This document shows positions 12,101 to 25,894 of a stretch of DNA of 64,000 nt, in pieces (the first letter of the stretch is position 1; each line of letters opens with the position of its first letter). Under the pieces are notes generated by a model that worked only from the letters and a program-made list of their open reading frames with translations, was not told where the DNA came from and made no database searches. Source of the DNA: Takakia lepidozioides (lineage: Eukaryota > Plantae > Bryophyta); the NCBI GenBank assembly GCA_030704615.1, contig CM060731.1:79732001-79796000 (forward strand). Reading direction: 5' to 3'. The position numbers and the translations under genes were made by a program.

Positions 12101-15100
12101 GCTTAGAACCTCACTGTTGATATGTTTTCCCCCGCCATTTGTGAAGAGTTTAGTAAGATCAGTGAGTGGTGCTTCAGAATTGGAAGACAGGTGTCTGCAA
12201 AGATAACTTATCTGTTTCCTATTATGTGGAGCGGACGCAACTGCACTAGTGTGTTAGTTCAAGAGTCATGCCGTTGCAGGTCTAATGGGGACATTGCTGA
12301 CATAATGTTTTGCTACAGTCTAATGCTGGGTCATTGATATTATTGGTTGCCCAGATTCGAGAAGACTCAAAAAAAGGGGTGTATGTTGAGAACCTGTCAG
12401 AGGTTGAGGTGAAAAATGTGCAGGACGTTATGCGTCTTCTTGTTCAGGTGCTTATTTCCATTCTGAGCTCAGTGCTGAGTTTGTTAGCCTGGATGCCATG
12501 GAATTCAGAGGTGAAGAATGAAGATTACATGCAAGAAATTTCATTCTCAGGACACAGAGTCGACTAATGACCCCTGTGAACTGGGTACAACCTACTCCCA
12601 GAGCCAGTTAGGGTGTAAGCCAGCAAGCACAGGGCTCGCCAGAATCCAGTTACAGGGTGCTGAGTATGGTACAAGCTGATGTATACATCATGCTAGAACA
12701 TACCATATTGATTAGAACTGTTGTATTCCCTAATTTGGCCACAGATGCTACACTGCTAGCTAGTTTAGGGAAGGCTAGATATATCAAAAACAAAACTTAC
12801 TACGTCCATGGGAGGCCCTGAGACAACAGTACGTCAACCATTCTGATTTAGAAGGAGCAGAATACTGTGATGTGAGAAAGAACGAAATTGACAAATATCA
12901 CTTGCCATGTATCTGTGAGCTCAGGGAGCTGCCAACAGGAAAGTCGCGGCCACCAATATGAACAGAGAAAGTAGTCGTTCACACAGTGTATTTGCCTGTA
13001 GTGTGGAAAGCAAGGTATGAACTCCTCGACATTGTCTTATGCTTTTGAAAGATCTATTAGTTTGTGGTAGACATTTCGTTCAGATATGAAACGGTCTGCT
13101 GTGCCTCACTTTCTGGAGGAGTGCTCTGTGAAACTGCTGTTACCCTCTCTTATTGTTGATCACAAAACTGCGGAAAACTGTTATGTGGAGGGAAGCAGGC
13201 AGTGTTGTCACTTAAGCATTTGTTCTTAAGCAGCCACATCCACCAGTTGGAGTGTGAAAGTCAGACACAAGCCTTATATACTAATAATTTTAGTGCTCCC
13301 TTTTTGTGCAGTGGGAAAGCAATTCGCTCACCAACATCCGATTTGGACGAATGAATCTTGTTGACCTTGCTGGATCTGAAAGGTAGAGTCCTTGTCCTTG
13401 CTGTCTGACGGCACATTTTCTTCAAGTGCTAGGTGGTAGATTGAAGATTGGATTAGATCAGAGAGGTTGCTTTATATTGTAGATCTTAATTGCAGGCCCT
13501 CGTTGGTTGCAACTGAAGCTTGGGATGGATTGGATCAATGTTCAGGCAAAAAAGCTCAGGTGCTGAGGGCGAGCGCCTGAAGGAAGCAGCCAACATCAAT
13601 AAATCTCTTTCAACCCTTGGGTAAATTTGAAGTCCCCAATTTTGTGTATGGTATGAGTCAATGGATACTATTTGCGGAGTGTTCTTGTGAGTTGATTGAA
13701 TACAAAGAGCCCTGCCCTTCAGTTAAGTAGGGAATGTTCAAGGGTTCACGGATTACACCTAGATATATACAGGTTACCAGATGCTATTTTTGTGCACTTG
13801 TAAGGGAGCTCTACAGTAACTCATCTCGGATTCTGGCAGACTCGTTATCATGATTTTGGTGGATGTGGCGAATGGAAAGCAGCGCCATGTCCCCTACCGT
13901 GACTCCAAGCTCACTTTTCTCTTGCAGGTAAACCTGTACCTGACATTCTCAGTTGCCCCTGAGGCAGTTTCTGGCCTTCGGCACTCTCGAGCTACTTTAT
14001 CCTCATGTACACCTTGCTGCTCCTTTTTACTGTGTGACTATAGATTGTTGTTATTTAATCGCATGTGGAGTGACATGGAATGGGTTGGTGTTTGGGGATT
14101 GCAGGATTCCCTTGGTGGTAACTCCAAGACAACTGTGATAGCTACTGTCAGCCCTGCGAACTGGTGTGTGTTGATCTTGTCTGTTTGGATCTTTCCTTCT
14201 CCAATAGGCATTTGTAGGCAGGCAACTTCATATTCATGTGAATACACAAATTCTGCTGAGATCCTGTTTACTCTGGAAATGCCCTTTAATCTTTTGATTC
14301 CTTCATATCCTTTATTTTCTAGTTTCTGACTCGCAGGTTCATATACATTTCAGACGGCCCTAATTAAAAGTATCGTTATAGCAGCCTACTGACTGACCGT
14401 TACACCGGGGTTCAGGTGCTGGGATCCGGGGATCTGTTGTAAGTTGGAGATATGTTTTGTATTTGCTTGTGTCAGGAGTGTTATATATATTTGTGACTGC
14501 ATATTTGTTTGGCAGCAATTCACTGGAGACTCTGAGCACACTCAAGTTTGCTCAGCGCGCCAAGTTCATCCGGAATAACGTATGATCTTGGCCTCCTTTT
14601 ACATTGGAAGTTGATGCAAGCTTTAGGTCAGGAACAGGGACCTCATGTTGATTTGCCGTAATTGGGACAGGCTTTCATCAATGAAGATGCTTCAGGAGAT
14701 GTAGTTGCCCTACGCCGTGAAATTCAACAACTGAAGGTTAGCTGCAATCCCTTCTGCTCTTGTATGAGCCTCCCGTCCATCCCCCACCCTATTCTCTGTT
14801 GCTCCGTCATAGAATGCGGATCCTTTCAATTTTGGGACATGGAAGTACCAAAATACTAATTACACTAGGTCTGTGAAATAATACAGGAGGAGGTGAGCCG
14901 CCTGCGTCGAGAAAGCCTATCTAGCATGCAGTGGCAAGGCAGATATGAAAGTGATCATGAACCTGGGCTGTCCGAAAATTCGACTAATTTGAGCACTAGT
15001 ACTCGGCTCAAGAAGGTATTACAAAAATGACTACGACTGCTAACTAACACCAGATTGCAGAGGATTCTGTGATAAAGTGGGGATGACTGTTGTTTAGGAC

Positions 15101-18100
15101 TATTCCACATCCTTCCTGATGACCCCCACAATGGTGATGTGGCAGTGTGAACTTAATATTCTGATGTCCCATACAAACGTGGGTGGTGTGTTTCTAGATA
15201 AAGGACATGGAGGTGCTGGTGGCAGGAGCCATGAGACGAGAGCAGGCAGCTGATGCTGCCACAAACCGTTTGGCTGCTAAATTTGAGCAGTTGAAGTCCT
15301 TGGTACACAATTTCGATCGCCTTTCTCAGCTCTCTCTGTGGCTGTTGCCACCCTTCTGGTTTGACTGCATGCACGCACTACTGCCTTGATCTGGTTGGAG
15401 GGGGAGTTTTTTGGTCCTTCAACAAGGAGGTTGCTGGACTAAAGCTTTTAGTGGCGTATTTTTTTCCTGTTTCATAGGTCCAGCAGCGTGAGCAAGACGC
15501 ACAGTGTAGTAAAATGATTCTGCGGTTCAGAGAAGACAGAATTCAGAGATTGGAGTCCATTTTGGAGGGGAAATTATCAGAGGACTCATATCTTACAGAG
15601 GAGATCAAAATGTTACTGGAGGAGGTGCAGCTTTTGCGGGGGCGGATAGACCGCAATCCTGAGCTCACTAGGTTTGCAATGGACAACATACGACTTATGG
15701 AGCAGCTGCGCGGGTTCTAAACTATTCTCCTTTAAACTTACAGTTTTCTAGAAATATTTTTTATATTTGGAGGACTGTAGCTGGATTTCCAACTACACAG
15801 AATTAACTCTACATCATTGATTGATTGATCTCATTGATTTAGGGTTCTAAACTATTCTCCTTTAAACTTACAGTTTTCTAGAAATATTTTTTATATTTGG
15901 AGGACTGTAGCTAGATTTCCAACTACACAGAATTAACTCTACATCATTGATTGATTGATCTCATTGATTGTTTGTGTCCTTCCAAACAGCCAGCATTCAA
16001 CTTGGAGAAGTTTGGCATGAAACTTAGTGCCAGTACCCCTATGTCCAATACACCTTCCTAGTTGAGCAAAAGAAGTCCTAACGGTTGTGTTAGTCTTTGA
16101 AGCACTTGCTCCAGCAAAAGTAGAACTGTCCCAGCTGCAATTTGAATAAGCAAGCTAGGTGTATATGTGTTCAGCACTGTTTGTGTGATGAGAAGAGCAT
16201 TCTGGTTGGGGATGAAGTCTGGCTTAAGGTTTGAATCCATCACTTCGTATGTGCAGCTATCAAGAATTCTATGACTCCGGAGAGCGGGAGACAATGGTGG
16301 AAGAGACCTCATATCTACGAGATCAGGTGAATTTCTGTTACCGGAGAGAGGAGGAAAAAAGTGAGATTTAGGGTTAGAAGTTCAAGTGCAGAGGGAATGG
16401 GAAATAGCATAATAGCTCACAATGGTTTTTGGGAGAATGATGGGCACAGTTGCTGGAAGTGCTGGATAGCAAGCTTGCACTCGAAGAAGGTGCTGTGGCT
16501 CATACAAATGCACAGGTCTAGCCCCTTTCCTCTGTTTCTGTGTTCTTTCGTTCTTTCTTTGTGGATGGAATCTCTCTAATATGTATTGTTTTGCATCTTT
16601 GTTCGTTTGCACAGGCTGATAATTATCGGAGAGAATTAGAGATCTGTTGCAATGATCTGAGCACTTGTTTAGAGGCTAATGCACAGATGACAAGGTAATT
16701 ATGGTGTTGCACTTTGTTTACATTCGCCTGTTGGTTTTATAGAACTGTCTTCCATCAATCAAGTGAAATTGAGTCTAACAATGATAACAGCCTACGAACT
16801 TGTGAATTGATTAGTATTTAGTGTCTGTTTCTTTCGTAAGCTTTCCAGACAGCGGGAATTCGATTAGTATTGATGTTAGAACAATTAAGGTTCTAGTATC
16901 TGTTCGTTGTCTGTAATCTGATTCCAAGTGAATTTTGCAGACAGCTGCAGGAGCACCAGAGTCAAGTTGGACAGTTGCAAATACAGTGCTCTGAACAGCA
17001 GCAGGAAATCAGTTTGTTACAGGTGCTCTCTCTCTCTCTCTCTCTTTGATACTGTTGTCACCCCAGCTGCCACTTATGGCTGCGAGTTCTGGGCACCTGG
17101 TATCCCAGTTTCCTGGTGGGAGAAAATTTTGGAACCACTGCAGTCATCTTTCCTCCAAACAATGCTCGAGGCACAACTCCATCACACATTCTATGGCAGA
17201 GTTTGCATGCGTGCCACCTCAACCGAAGCTACCTTTAGGCTTCCAGTATTTCTTAAAAGGTTACAAGTCCTGAACCCCCCAGGGCTCACTGCAAGGCCCC
17301 TCAGAACATCTATCAGGCTCCATACAGCCGCTTCAAGCCCTCTTGGAATGCTGGGGTGTGCAGATTTTTTTAGCGCAATGGACTCTCTGTTCCTTCCCTG
17401 TTTCTTCTGCCACAAAATGCATAAGGGGTGGAAATATGTCCAAACACGATGGTCTGTACTCATCAGAAGAGTTCTTATGGAACTTCTTGTCAGGCGAACA
17501 TGGAAGCCGGCCACCCTAACAATGAAACTCCAATTCTAGCGAGAGACATTCATAGTTCTCCGTGATGATAGAATCTTGAGGCCTAATTACTTATCTGCCC
17601 TTTATCTCCCACTCTTCTGAGGGCGTTGGGGAAGGTATTTCTAGAGGATATCTGGAAAACTCGGACCAATTGCTTGTTTCAAGGTAAGTCATACTACCAA
17701 CGTCAGCCACTGACAAAGGTAGTTTCTGTCCCTACAGCAAACAACGTCTTATGAGTACATTCTCTCTCTCTCTCTCTCTCTCGTTCAAGTTTGCATGTGG
17801 CCTAGTGCCTCTCTGTGCCTTAATGGCAGTTGAGCTGAGCTGTGGTTAAAAAACTAACACTGGTGGCTGGGAACCCCACAGAAAGGTTCGGTAGGGGTGG
17901 GGTCGGTGCCATAAGGCTATGGAAAGCTAACGTACGCAGGGAATGGCATGAGCACATTCTGCCACCAGATGACCTGCATGAGGCACTTCATCTTCATCTT
18001 CATCTTCTTGATGTTTTTAAGTTTTCCTCTTTCTTTCGGTCCATGTTGTAGAATTCTTTTCTTTCTTGCTGTGTGTTTCTTGTCTATTTCTTGTTTCTTT

Positions 18101-18418
18101 CTTTCTCGTCCCCTAAGCTCTTTGAGCTTTCTACGGACGTTATAAGAAGTATTTCCTTTTGTTTCTATACCATGCCACTCCCGTACGACAGTCTGTAGCA
18201 TGTGGTACAATGCTATCACTGGCTTCAGAATCTAATTAATGAACATTTTGAAATTTTAGGGAAGCACGGGACGAGTTGATGAGCTGGAGCTGGAAAGGGC
18301 AGTGCACCTGCAAATTATAACAGATCTCAAGGCACAGCTGCAGCAGGTTTCTTGGCAAAGCTCCTCTTTGCATGGCAGTCATATTGATGAAGCTCCAGAT
18401 TGTTTACAAGCTTCATAA
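9107..18418 (+). CDS. Kinesin-12 family motor protein (POK/KIN12-type), about 21 exons
   Basis: HFELQEDPSFWNDHNVQVLIR, FTFDHV, FAYGQTGSGKTHTM, SFLEIYNE, NRESSRSH, LVDLAGSER, NINKSLSTLG, HVPYRDSKLT, DSLGGNSKT, ETLSTLKFAQRAK, then coiled-coil exons (15198-15713, 16257-16326, 16615-16693, 16941-17022, 18260-). The 3' end is uncertain. Confidence 0.88.
15712..15969. repeat. Near-perfect tandem duplication, 2 x ~130 bp, in a kinesin intron
   Basis: GGGTTCTAAACTATTCTCC...TCATTGATT at 15712 and 15842; one mismatch seen. Confidence 0.95.
17046..17760 (+). mobile_element. 5'-truncated non-LTR retrotransposon (LINE) remnant in a kinesin intron, bracketed by (CT)n
   Basis: LFDTVVTPAATYGCEFW...WEKILEPLQSSFL resembles the post-RT region of RTE/L2-type LINEs. 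(CT)n tracts at 17026-17045 and 17761-17782. Confidence 0.55.
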
Positions 18419-21400
18419 CCCTTTTCTGCTAGTTTCTCTGACGACGGTAAAGGTTAGTATTAGTGGTAAACAAGTTAGTAAACAACTACATTCTTGGCGA
18501 CTACAGTCTCATTCTACTTCCCTTTGCAACGATGTAGAGGAAGTTTAGGATTGGCTTCCTTTAATTTGTTTGAAACATCTCTGTAAACACTGCATTGGCA
18601 GAATTGCAAGGAGGAACATGTGATTGGGTTGACCACCAGTTCAGACCAGGTGATTCTTTCCTCTGAGAAGCTTTGCAATATTTTTCATTGTGTGTCTTTA
18701 GTATAGCAGACATCATAGCACCTCTATGGCTGTCACTCTTGTCAGTTTCCTTAGTACCCGTTTCCAGCACCAACGCTGTGTGTTTCCATTGGTAGTGTGT
18801 TTCCAGCACTGGCCCTCTCTATGCCAAGAGGTTCTGCCAATGCTTTTGAATAATCAGGGCGGTTCCAGACTAGTGACCGGTCAAATGACTACGCTTTACG
18901 ATTGGTTGAAAATTCTCCACTACACACTTTCAGACATGGCGTTGTCCGGCGCCCCAACGTGCCCTGTCATCGCTTTGCATTTGCCACCTCAGTGGACAAA
19001 GAACAAAAGATTTGGGGCCATCGCCATTAGCCATCGTCAGTGGGCTAAACCTAACTTGGCTTCTCCGGCGGCTTTCTTTGCCTCCTTGTGTCTCTTGGTC
19101 TCCTCCTACCTTGCTCTACAGCTCCTCTACAGTGTGAAGCCATGAGTGACAAAGACTCCTCTCCAAGTGCAACCAATGACGAGTTTCCAAGTCAACTTTT
19201 CCAAGGCTGCATGACCTTCAGTACAGTCAAATCCTTCTTGGCAGTGCATTACCTTCATTGGCACAAGTGTGCACCTCACTCACTCGAGCACCTGCACAAA
19301 CCCTAAACAAAAAATAGAGATACACATAGTTTGATTTTGTCCACTTCTTGGTCTGAAAAGGGGGTTAGGCTTGTCCATTGGCTCCCGGTGGTTCTTGACG
19401 ACGTAGCATCCCATGAAAGGGATGATGAGCTGGGTAAAAGCCACACTTTCGTGTTTTGTGTGGTCGCTAGTCTAGAACCGCCCTCAGATGGCGTATATGA
19501 AATCTAGCCGGGGAAGCACTTGCCCATTCCCTACTTTACATTGGCCACTTGTCACTTTAGATTACGGACCAAGACCAAGAAATATCCATCTGGGTCTCTA
19601 TATGCCTATTAAAATGTTATTATCATAGAGACGAAAATTGGTGTGTGTAAGGGCCTCCGACCAAGACCGAAAAAACCTAAAATGAGGTGAATCAGATTCC
19701 ATCCCATTATCTTCCCCCGATTCAAGATTGATTCTAACTAACAGTCACAATCATTTGTTTGGGTACTGTCCAAGAATTGGTCCTCCAAACCACCACATGG
19801 GATCCTTTATTTTAAACCAAGTCAACAATCTCCCGGCATAATCAACCCCACTTAGACATGTCATTCATCAATTTCTTGGTCTTGGTGTACAAGCCCATAT
19901 GACCAAGAAAATGCCCCAACCAATGGGATTATTGCATTTTGGTAGGTAGTCTTACGCAACCCTCAAAATAGGAACAGGTAGAATCACTAATGAAAGGTAA
20001 CTAACTAAGTAACTATCTGTCTTGTAAATACTATGTAGGAATAAGCAGTAATAAGAAGAGTCATAATGGAAAAATAAGGTGACTCTCTGATATCTATCGC
20101 CAAAAACGACTTCGTCAACTATGAAATATTCGTAGCATCTAAGACCTGATCAATTTTTGATAACAAACATAGTGATTCAAACACAAAAACTTGTGGAACA
20201 GAGTACATGAATAGGTATGAAACTGAAATTTCACTTCATGTCCATGTCCATGCAATTTTTTCTTTTTCTTTTTTGGAAGGGGTTGAAGCCTAAGCTTTTT
20301 ATTGATAAAAGGGGGAAAAAAAAATCCCTAAAGGACCATGAAGCAAACACGCCAACAGGCGAGGGATGAACCCAGAAGCAGCAACAAAGAGAGAACCATG
20401 CATGTGGATGAAAAACAATTGCTATGACCGAGGAGAAGTCTAAGGACCGGCAAATAGAACGAGGGGCTCACGAGATGTTGGAGCCAGCTGTGGCAAAATA
20501 CCATGCAAAGTATTGTAGGCGAGTCAGATTTAGCTCTGCTTCTTTGAATGTAGGGTGGTTGGAGGGGTGAGGAAAGGGGGATCACAATATTTGTAAAATT
20601 GATGTCATCCTGAAAGGTTTGAGCATATGCAGTATAGAGGCAGCGGGGGCTGTTCTATATTCAGGGAGATCTTGTTCACCATGCGACTCTCTCCCATCTA
20701 CTTTTTGCGAGAATGTGGAAGGGAGAGGTGATGTAGAAGGTTGTATCTTCACCTGGAAGCAAGGAGTGCTGTGCTTGGGTGGTAGATATAAATTTGCCCA
20801 GATCAAACATGGAGCTAGTGGGGACAGAATCAGAACTTGTGTGGCAGTGCTCAAGTGGGCCACAGCCGTGATGATCATACATTTGCAGTCCAGCATGCAG
20901 AGATGAAATAACACAACAAAGAAAAAACAAAGAAATCTATCTACAAAGTACCAGGCAACAACTCCACAAAGACACTGAAAGGTAACACAAAAAGATGTTG
21001 CCAGTACAAATTAAAACCTAAACTAGTGAGCTACATCCAGAGTGAGTGCACTCTTAACATTGATTTGTCAATCAGTCTCAGACCATCAACTTCCTTATTC
21101 ATGGCAGTGAGAATCTGCCACCACTTCCCACCGATTCCATCAGCTCCTGACTGTGGGAGTCAGTACGTAAGATACTCCTGCTGTGAAGTAGTTACTGGTG
21201 TAGTTAAGGAGTTGCCGAAGGGTAGCTCTCAAGGGATCTTCTGCACCCTGAAGATATACTGGTGGTCACTACTTGGATGCTGAATACCCACCAACCAAAG
21301 AAAGAAAAAGCTGAAGGATAAGGAATTATGGAATAAAAAGAAAGGAACTACAGTATCCACGGGAATGAGATTCAAACTTCAAAGAACAGAAAAGAACAAA

Positions 21401-22024
21401 ACTTGTGCAAGTGCAACCAATGATAGAGAATGCAAACTTCAAAACTGTCTCGTCAGCAAACTGTGTAGTGGTCTCAAATACAAACAAACCAGGTGCTAGT
21501 GGTGGTTATAACTCGCTGATGCTGTTGTCCCAGGACCTATTCAAGGGCAGATCTCTAAAATTACAACCAGAGTCAAGTAGAGGAGATACATTTTACACAA
21601 GATACGGAGACTAAACGATTGAGATGATGAAAACCAAAACCAAACTCAGCTCAGTTAGGATATATATAGCTTGGAGACACCAATGCCATCAAACTGAGTT
21701 GACCAAAGATAAAAGAGCAAATGAGATTAAACAATTGGCTGCAAATGTGGTTTAGTGCAGAACAAAACATTTGAAGAACTTCTAACCAAGCATCATAGTT
21801 CTTTAAAAGATCAAATAATTACAAAAGACCTGCTCTCGTGGAACTGCCTTGGCTAATCTTTTGCCATTCCCTTCAAATGAAAAAGGAGAGCTCATTACCC
21901 GTTGTGAGGCCACCACTCCAGCTACAGTTTTGCTTTAATCCCACCTTTTGCCTCAACATCTGTTCACCACAATGCAAGCTGAGGTTACCCCACATACCAA
22001 AAATCGAGCCCCTCAATGTGAAAT

Positions 22025-25000
22025 TTATGTGAGGGCAATGGTGCTTCCACCACCTGGTGGCTTCCTTATGCCCCCAATGGAGTCTCGGCCTGCAGGCTTG
22101 AAATCAGAAAAGATGTCACTGCCGCTCATCTCTCTCAGCTTAGCCTTACTAGGTTGGTGATGAAGACTCTTTTCTGAGGGCACTCCAACCTCTTCATTGA
22201 AAATATCATGACCCGAGAGTTCCGCCTTTTTCTGATCATGGACCCTGCGAGAAAATGCTTCAGTCTCATCTCTAGGACCAAACGAGATCTGGGATCGTCC
22301 CCCTGCAGGCTGAATCCACACCCAGACAAAGCATCGAAGGACAGTGAGCTGGAAGGGACTACAACAAGAGGCAACACCAAGTTTTAACCTAGTATAGCAA
22401 TAGCAACCCCTCACAATGTCACAATGAAACACAAAGTCTTCAGAAAACAGACTCCAACGAATGAGGTTTCCCATCCACTCCTACTTCCACCCAAGTAAGA
22501 CCGAGAACCTTCTCACAGACCAGCGAGCCAATGCAGGACGGTTAGGACAGATCCATTGCAAAGAACTTTAGTCCAGAATACACCCTATATAATCAATACG
22601 AAAAGAAAACCAACCATGCAATTCTGGCAAATTAGAGTCTTTCTTTTGATTACTGACATGCAGACATTAATAACTTACATTTGAAACTTTTACCGACGTG
22701 CGGACGTTCCGAGGCAGTACTTCATCATGTCCTTTGACTTCTGCCCTAACCTCCTGAGTCCGAGATGGTTTTGGAGCTTCTGGGGGCGCATCTCCAAAAA
22801 TATTGTTTCCTTCCAGTTCCTTGTATTTGGCATGGGAGAACCCTCTCCGTGCCGTAAGGTCATCAGTAGTTTCCACAGTCCCACTTAGCTCCTTCTGTTT
22901 AGCTACCTCGGGAATGGTAACAGGCTTTTTTGGTGACTCACACTCCTCACCGCCAAATGATATTTGGCTGACTCCACCAGCTGGCTGAAATCCCAAGAAA
23001 AGTTGTGCAACATGAAGTTTAGTTCTCATTTCTGGCATTAGCAGAACCACCAGAAGAATTGCATTGAGCCAGTATTACACAAAATTCTGCTCATGACACA
23101 TCTAAGCTATGGCTCCTGCTTGGGCATTACTCCAGAAGTGGAGAACACATCAGAGACTAGTCAATAACAGCTATGCTTCAGTGACTTGACCTGCCCCAAA
23201 TGAGAGTGATAGATGAATGTGGAAGGTTCTTAGTAAGAAAAAGTAAGTTATCTTTTCACAAGTGGCTTGGTTTGTATGAGGTGGACAATGGACAGTCATG
23301 CCAAGGATTCAGTCGAAATGGTCATTATTTTGAGAGCCCACAGCCAAAACTCCCAGGATACCTATGGCCTTGGCTTTATTAGACTGGAAGGGGTACAAAC
23401 ATTTCGATGCAGGTCATGTGGAGGACATTTCATTTCTTCAGGCTCCCAATTTACTTTCGGTGCAGGCGGAGGTGATCGGCAAGGAGAGATAGGGGCACCA
23501 AATATGTTGCTTCCTACAAGTTCCCTGGCTTTCGCATTTGAGTTGGGCCGCCTTGCCTGCTGTACATCCATGACATCTCCTGACCCTCACTTTCATCAAT
23601 TCTGACAACTCTGTACCGACACATCTTCTTTAGTGAATAGCAGTTATCCTTAGCAGTTCCACAAGGCTTTAGATCACAAATTAGTGAGAACCCACTTGGG
23701 AATGGTATCTTTGGTTACCTATCAGTATGAAGTTCTCCAGATGATTTTTTTTTAGAAGTGTCCAAGATTGTGGCATTTGTGAAAAAGCTGAGCACAAAAT
23801 GGGGTTTAAATGAAGTGGTATATGGCTGGAAAAAAGGGAGTGAGATTCCTTCTGGCCTTCAAAATTTGAGGGCAACATGTCACAATGTGGTGGACTTGTA
23901 TGTCAGGATGACCTGACCGTGCACTGGTCACTAACATTAGTCTAGAGTCCTTTGCAAGCAAAAGAGGGCAAGCATTACCTTCTGGCATCGAACACTAGTC
24001 CTGTCCAGTGGAGTACCCTTGCCATCCCCTCGATCTGAAGAATCCCCATCAAATATTCCATTGCCATTCATCTCCTTTTTCTTTGACTCTGAACCAGGCC
24101 TCCTGCCATTTTAATATGAAAGCTATCAACAGAGGTAGCAAACATGCACTTCAGTGACTGGACCACATCCTAAACACTGTCAACAGGGATAATCAGCAAA
24201 TACTATTTGACATGAGGTTTATAGTTACCAGATTGATAAAGTAAATTAGAAGGTGCCCGTGCTGAAAAATGACAGCTCGATGTATAAATTCGCCTACCAA
24301 TTATTTGAATTTCCTTGCCCTAGGTTCCGGTCACGACTGAAAAGTTTTACAGCCATCTCATTGAGCAGGGCCAAAACAACAGAGATAGAGAACTCTTTGA
24401 ACTTTGGAACAAAGCCTTTGGCATACCAAGGATGTATACATGATAGAGAGAATTTTTCTCACTCAGAAGCCTGCTAGTTGTTGCTCCGTGCTTACAAGAA
24501 GATCAGGTGACTCTTTTAAATACCACACTCTTGCCAGAGACCACCGACCTTGAGACTCCAGGTGAACTCACATTGGCAAAATGTCATTGGGAACATGCAA
24601 AGGACAAGAGCAGGTTACCTCCTGAGCAAGGCCTCAGCTTCTTCAGCTGAAAGGTGCTCACCAAACGTTATTGTGCTCACTCCCCCTGCAGGCTACACAA
24701 CAGACAAACCCTCAGGAAAGTAAGTGTTTGGCCTACAAAGCTGGCAAGATTGTATGAACATTGCACCCCTGCAAGCTCACACCGCACTAGCTACCATCAG
24801 ACTGAAACAGGGTGTGGGAAACTTTAAAAAAGAGCAAAAGTGTATCCATCAAATTGGGACCCTGTGTCTGACACTTGGGCCAAAGCAGGAAAACGGACTG
24901 TCTAACTACTTGATGCTTCCTTTTTTCAGCACAAAAGGAGAGGCTTCCAAAAGCCTTGATAGTGACCTTACAACAAAAGAACACTTGTTCTGTGATGCTA

Positions 25001-25894
25001 AGGGATATCCCAACCATGCAAGGCAATAGATATCCTCTAGAAGCAACGATACAACCGATCCCTCCACATCAGTAAAACATTCTCGGGCTGGAGGGAAAGA
25101 CTGTATTTCAACCAAGAACTCCCACATGGCTTCCACTTCAGTTCATAACGGAGGAATGCTACCACCAGCCATAGCATCCATTAACATGACCAAATAGAGA
25201 GATTTTTTTCTCTTTCATCGCACTGTACTCAATGCACAATGCCATGTATAGCAATGTAAGAAAAGATCTTCTAATCTCAATGCTCGGTAAATAAGGCGTT
25301 AATCCATTCATATTATCAACGGTAGACTCAATCTGGTAACACAAGCCACAATATCCAGTAATATGAGAAAGGGGATTTTGTTCTTTCATGCACTGTCATC
25401 AAATGCACAATGCTAACTTATGACACTTCGATGCAAGCAGAGGTCTTCAAGTCTTACTCCGGGATTGGCAAGGCCTTACTCCGTTCTTGTTAGCATCCCT
25501 TAGAAAAATCTGAATCACACTACTTTCCAGTGAAGCAATTCCAGCAGATCTCTGGTAGCTCGTAAGGCTTCCTTTCCTACATTTTCCCTTCAGTGCTGTA
25601 ATTTTATCTCATCCTGTCCTTCTTGCCAGCCAAATAGCAACGATAAACTTCGGCACCATCCCTGCGGCATACCTGGTGCATGCGAATAGTGGGCCGGCCG
25701 ACAGGGCTCTCACAAGTACTCTGATCAGCAGCAGAAAGAAAGGCATTGCTGTCATTTGTAGCAGTGTGACGCACTGGTACAGGAGAGCGAGTGGTATCGG
25801 GGCCCTCCGACCAACTAAAGAGGTCAAATGTTGTAGCTCCTCCAGGTGGCGTGGCGCCCCTCTTGCTAGCCGGGCTGCCGTTATCGACCGGCAT
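22025..25894 (-). CDS. DUF4057 family protein (repeated PAGG.S.I.FG / ELSG..IF motifs)
   Basis: Exons about 25894-25673, 24692-24619, 24100-23979, 22985-22679, 22309-22025. Motifs FDLFSWSE, PAGGVSQISFG, AKQKELSGT, KLREMSGSDIF, RKPPGGGSTIAL. Confidence 0.85.

Noticed and set aside
18430-20130. Possible degenerate DNA transposon
   Set aside because: Only weak end similarity; no convincing TIR, TSD or transposase motif.
20280-20990. Possible LINE 3' remnant on the minus strand
   Set aside because: Too degraded to support from the translation.
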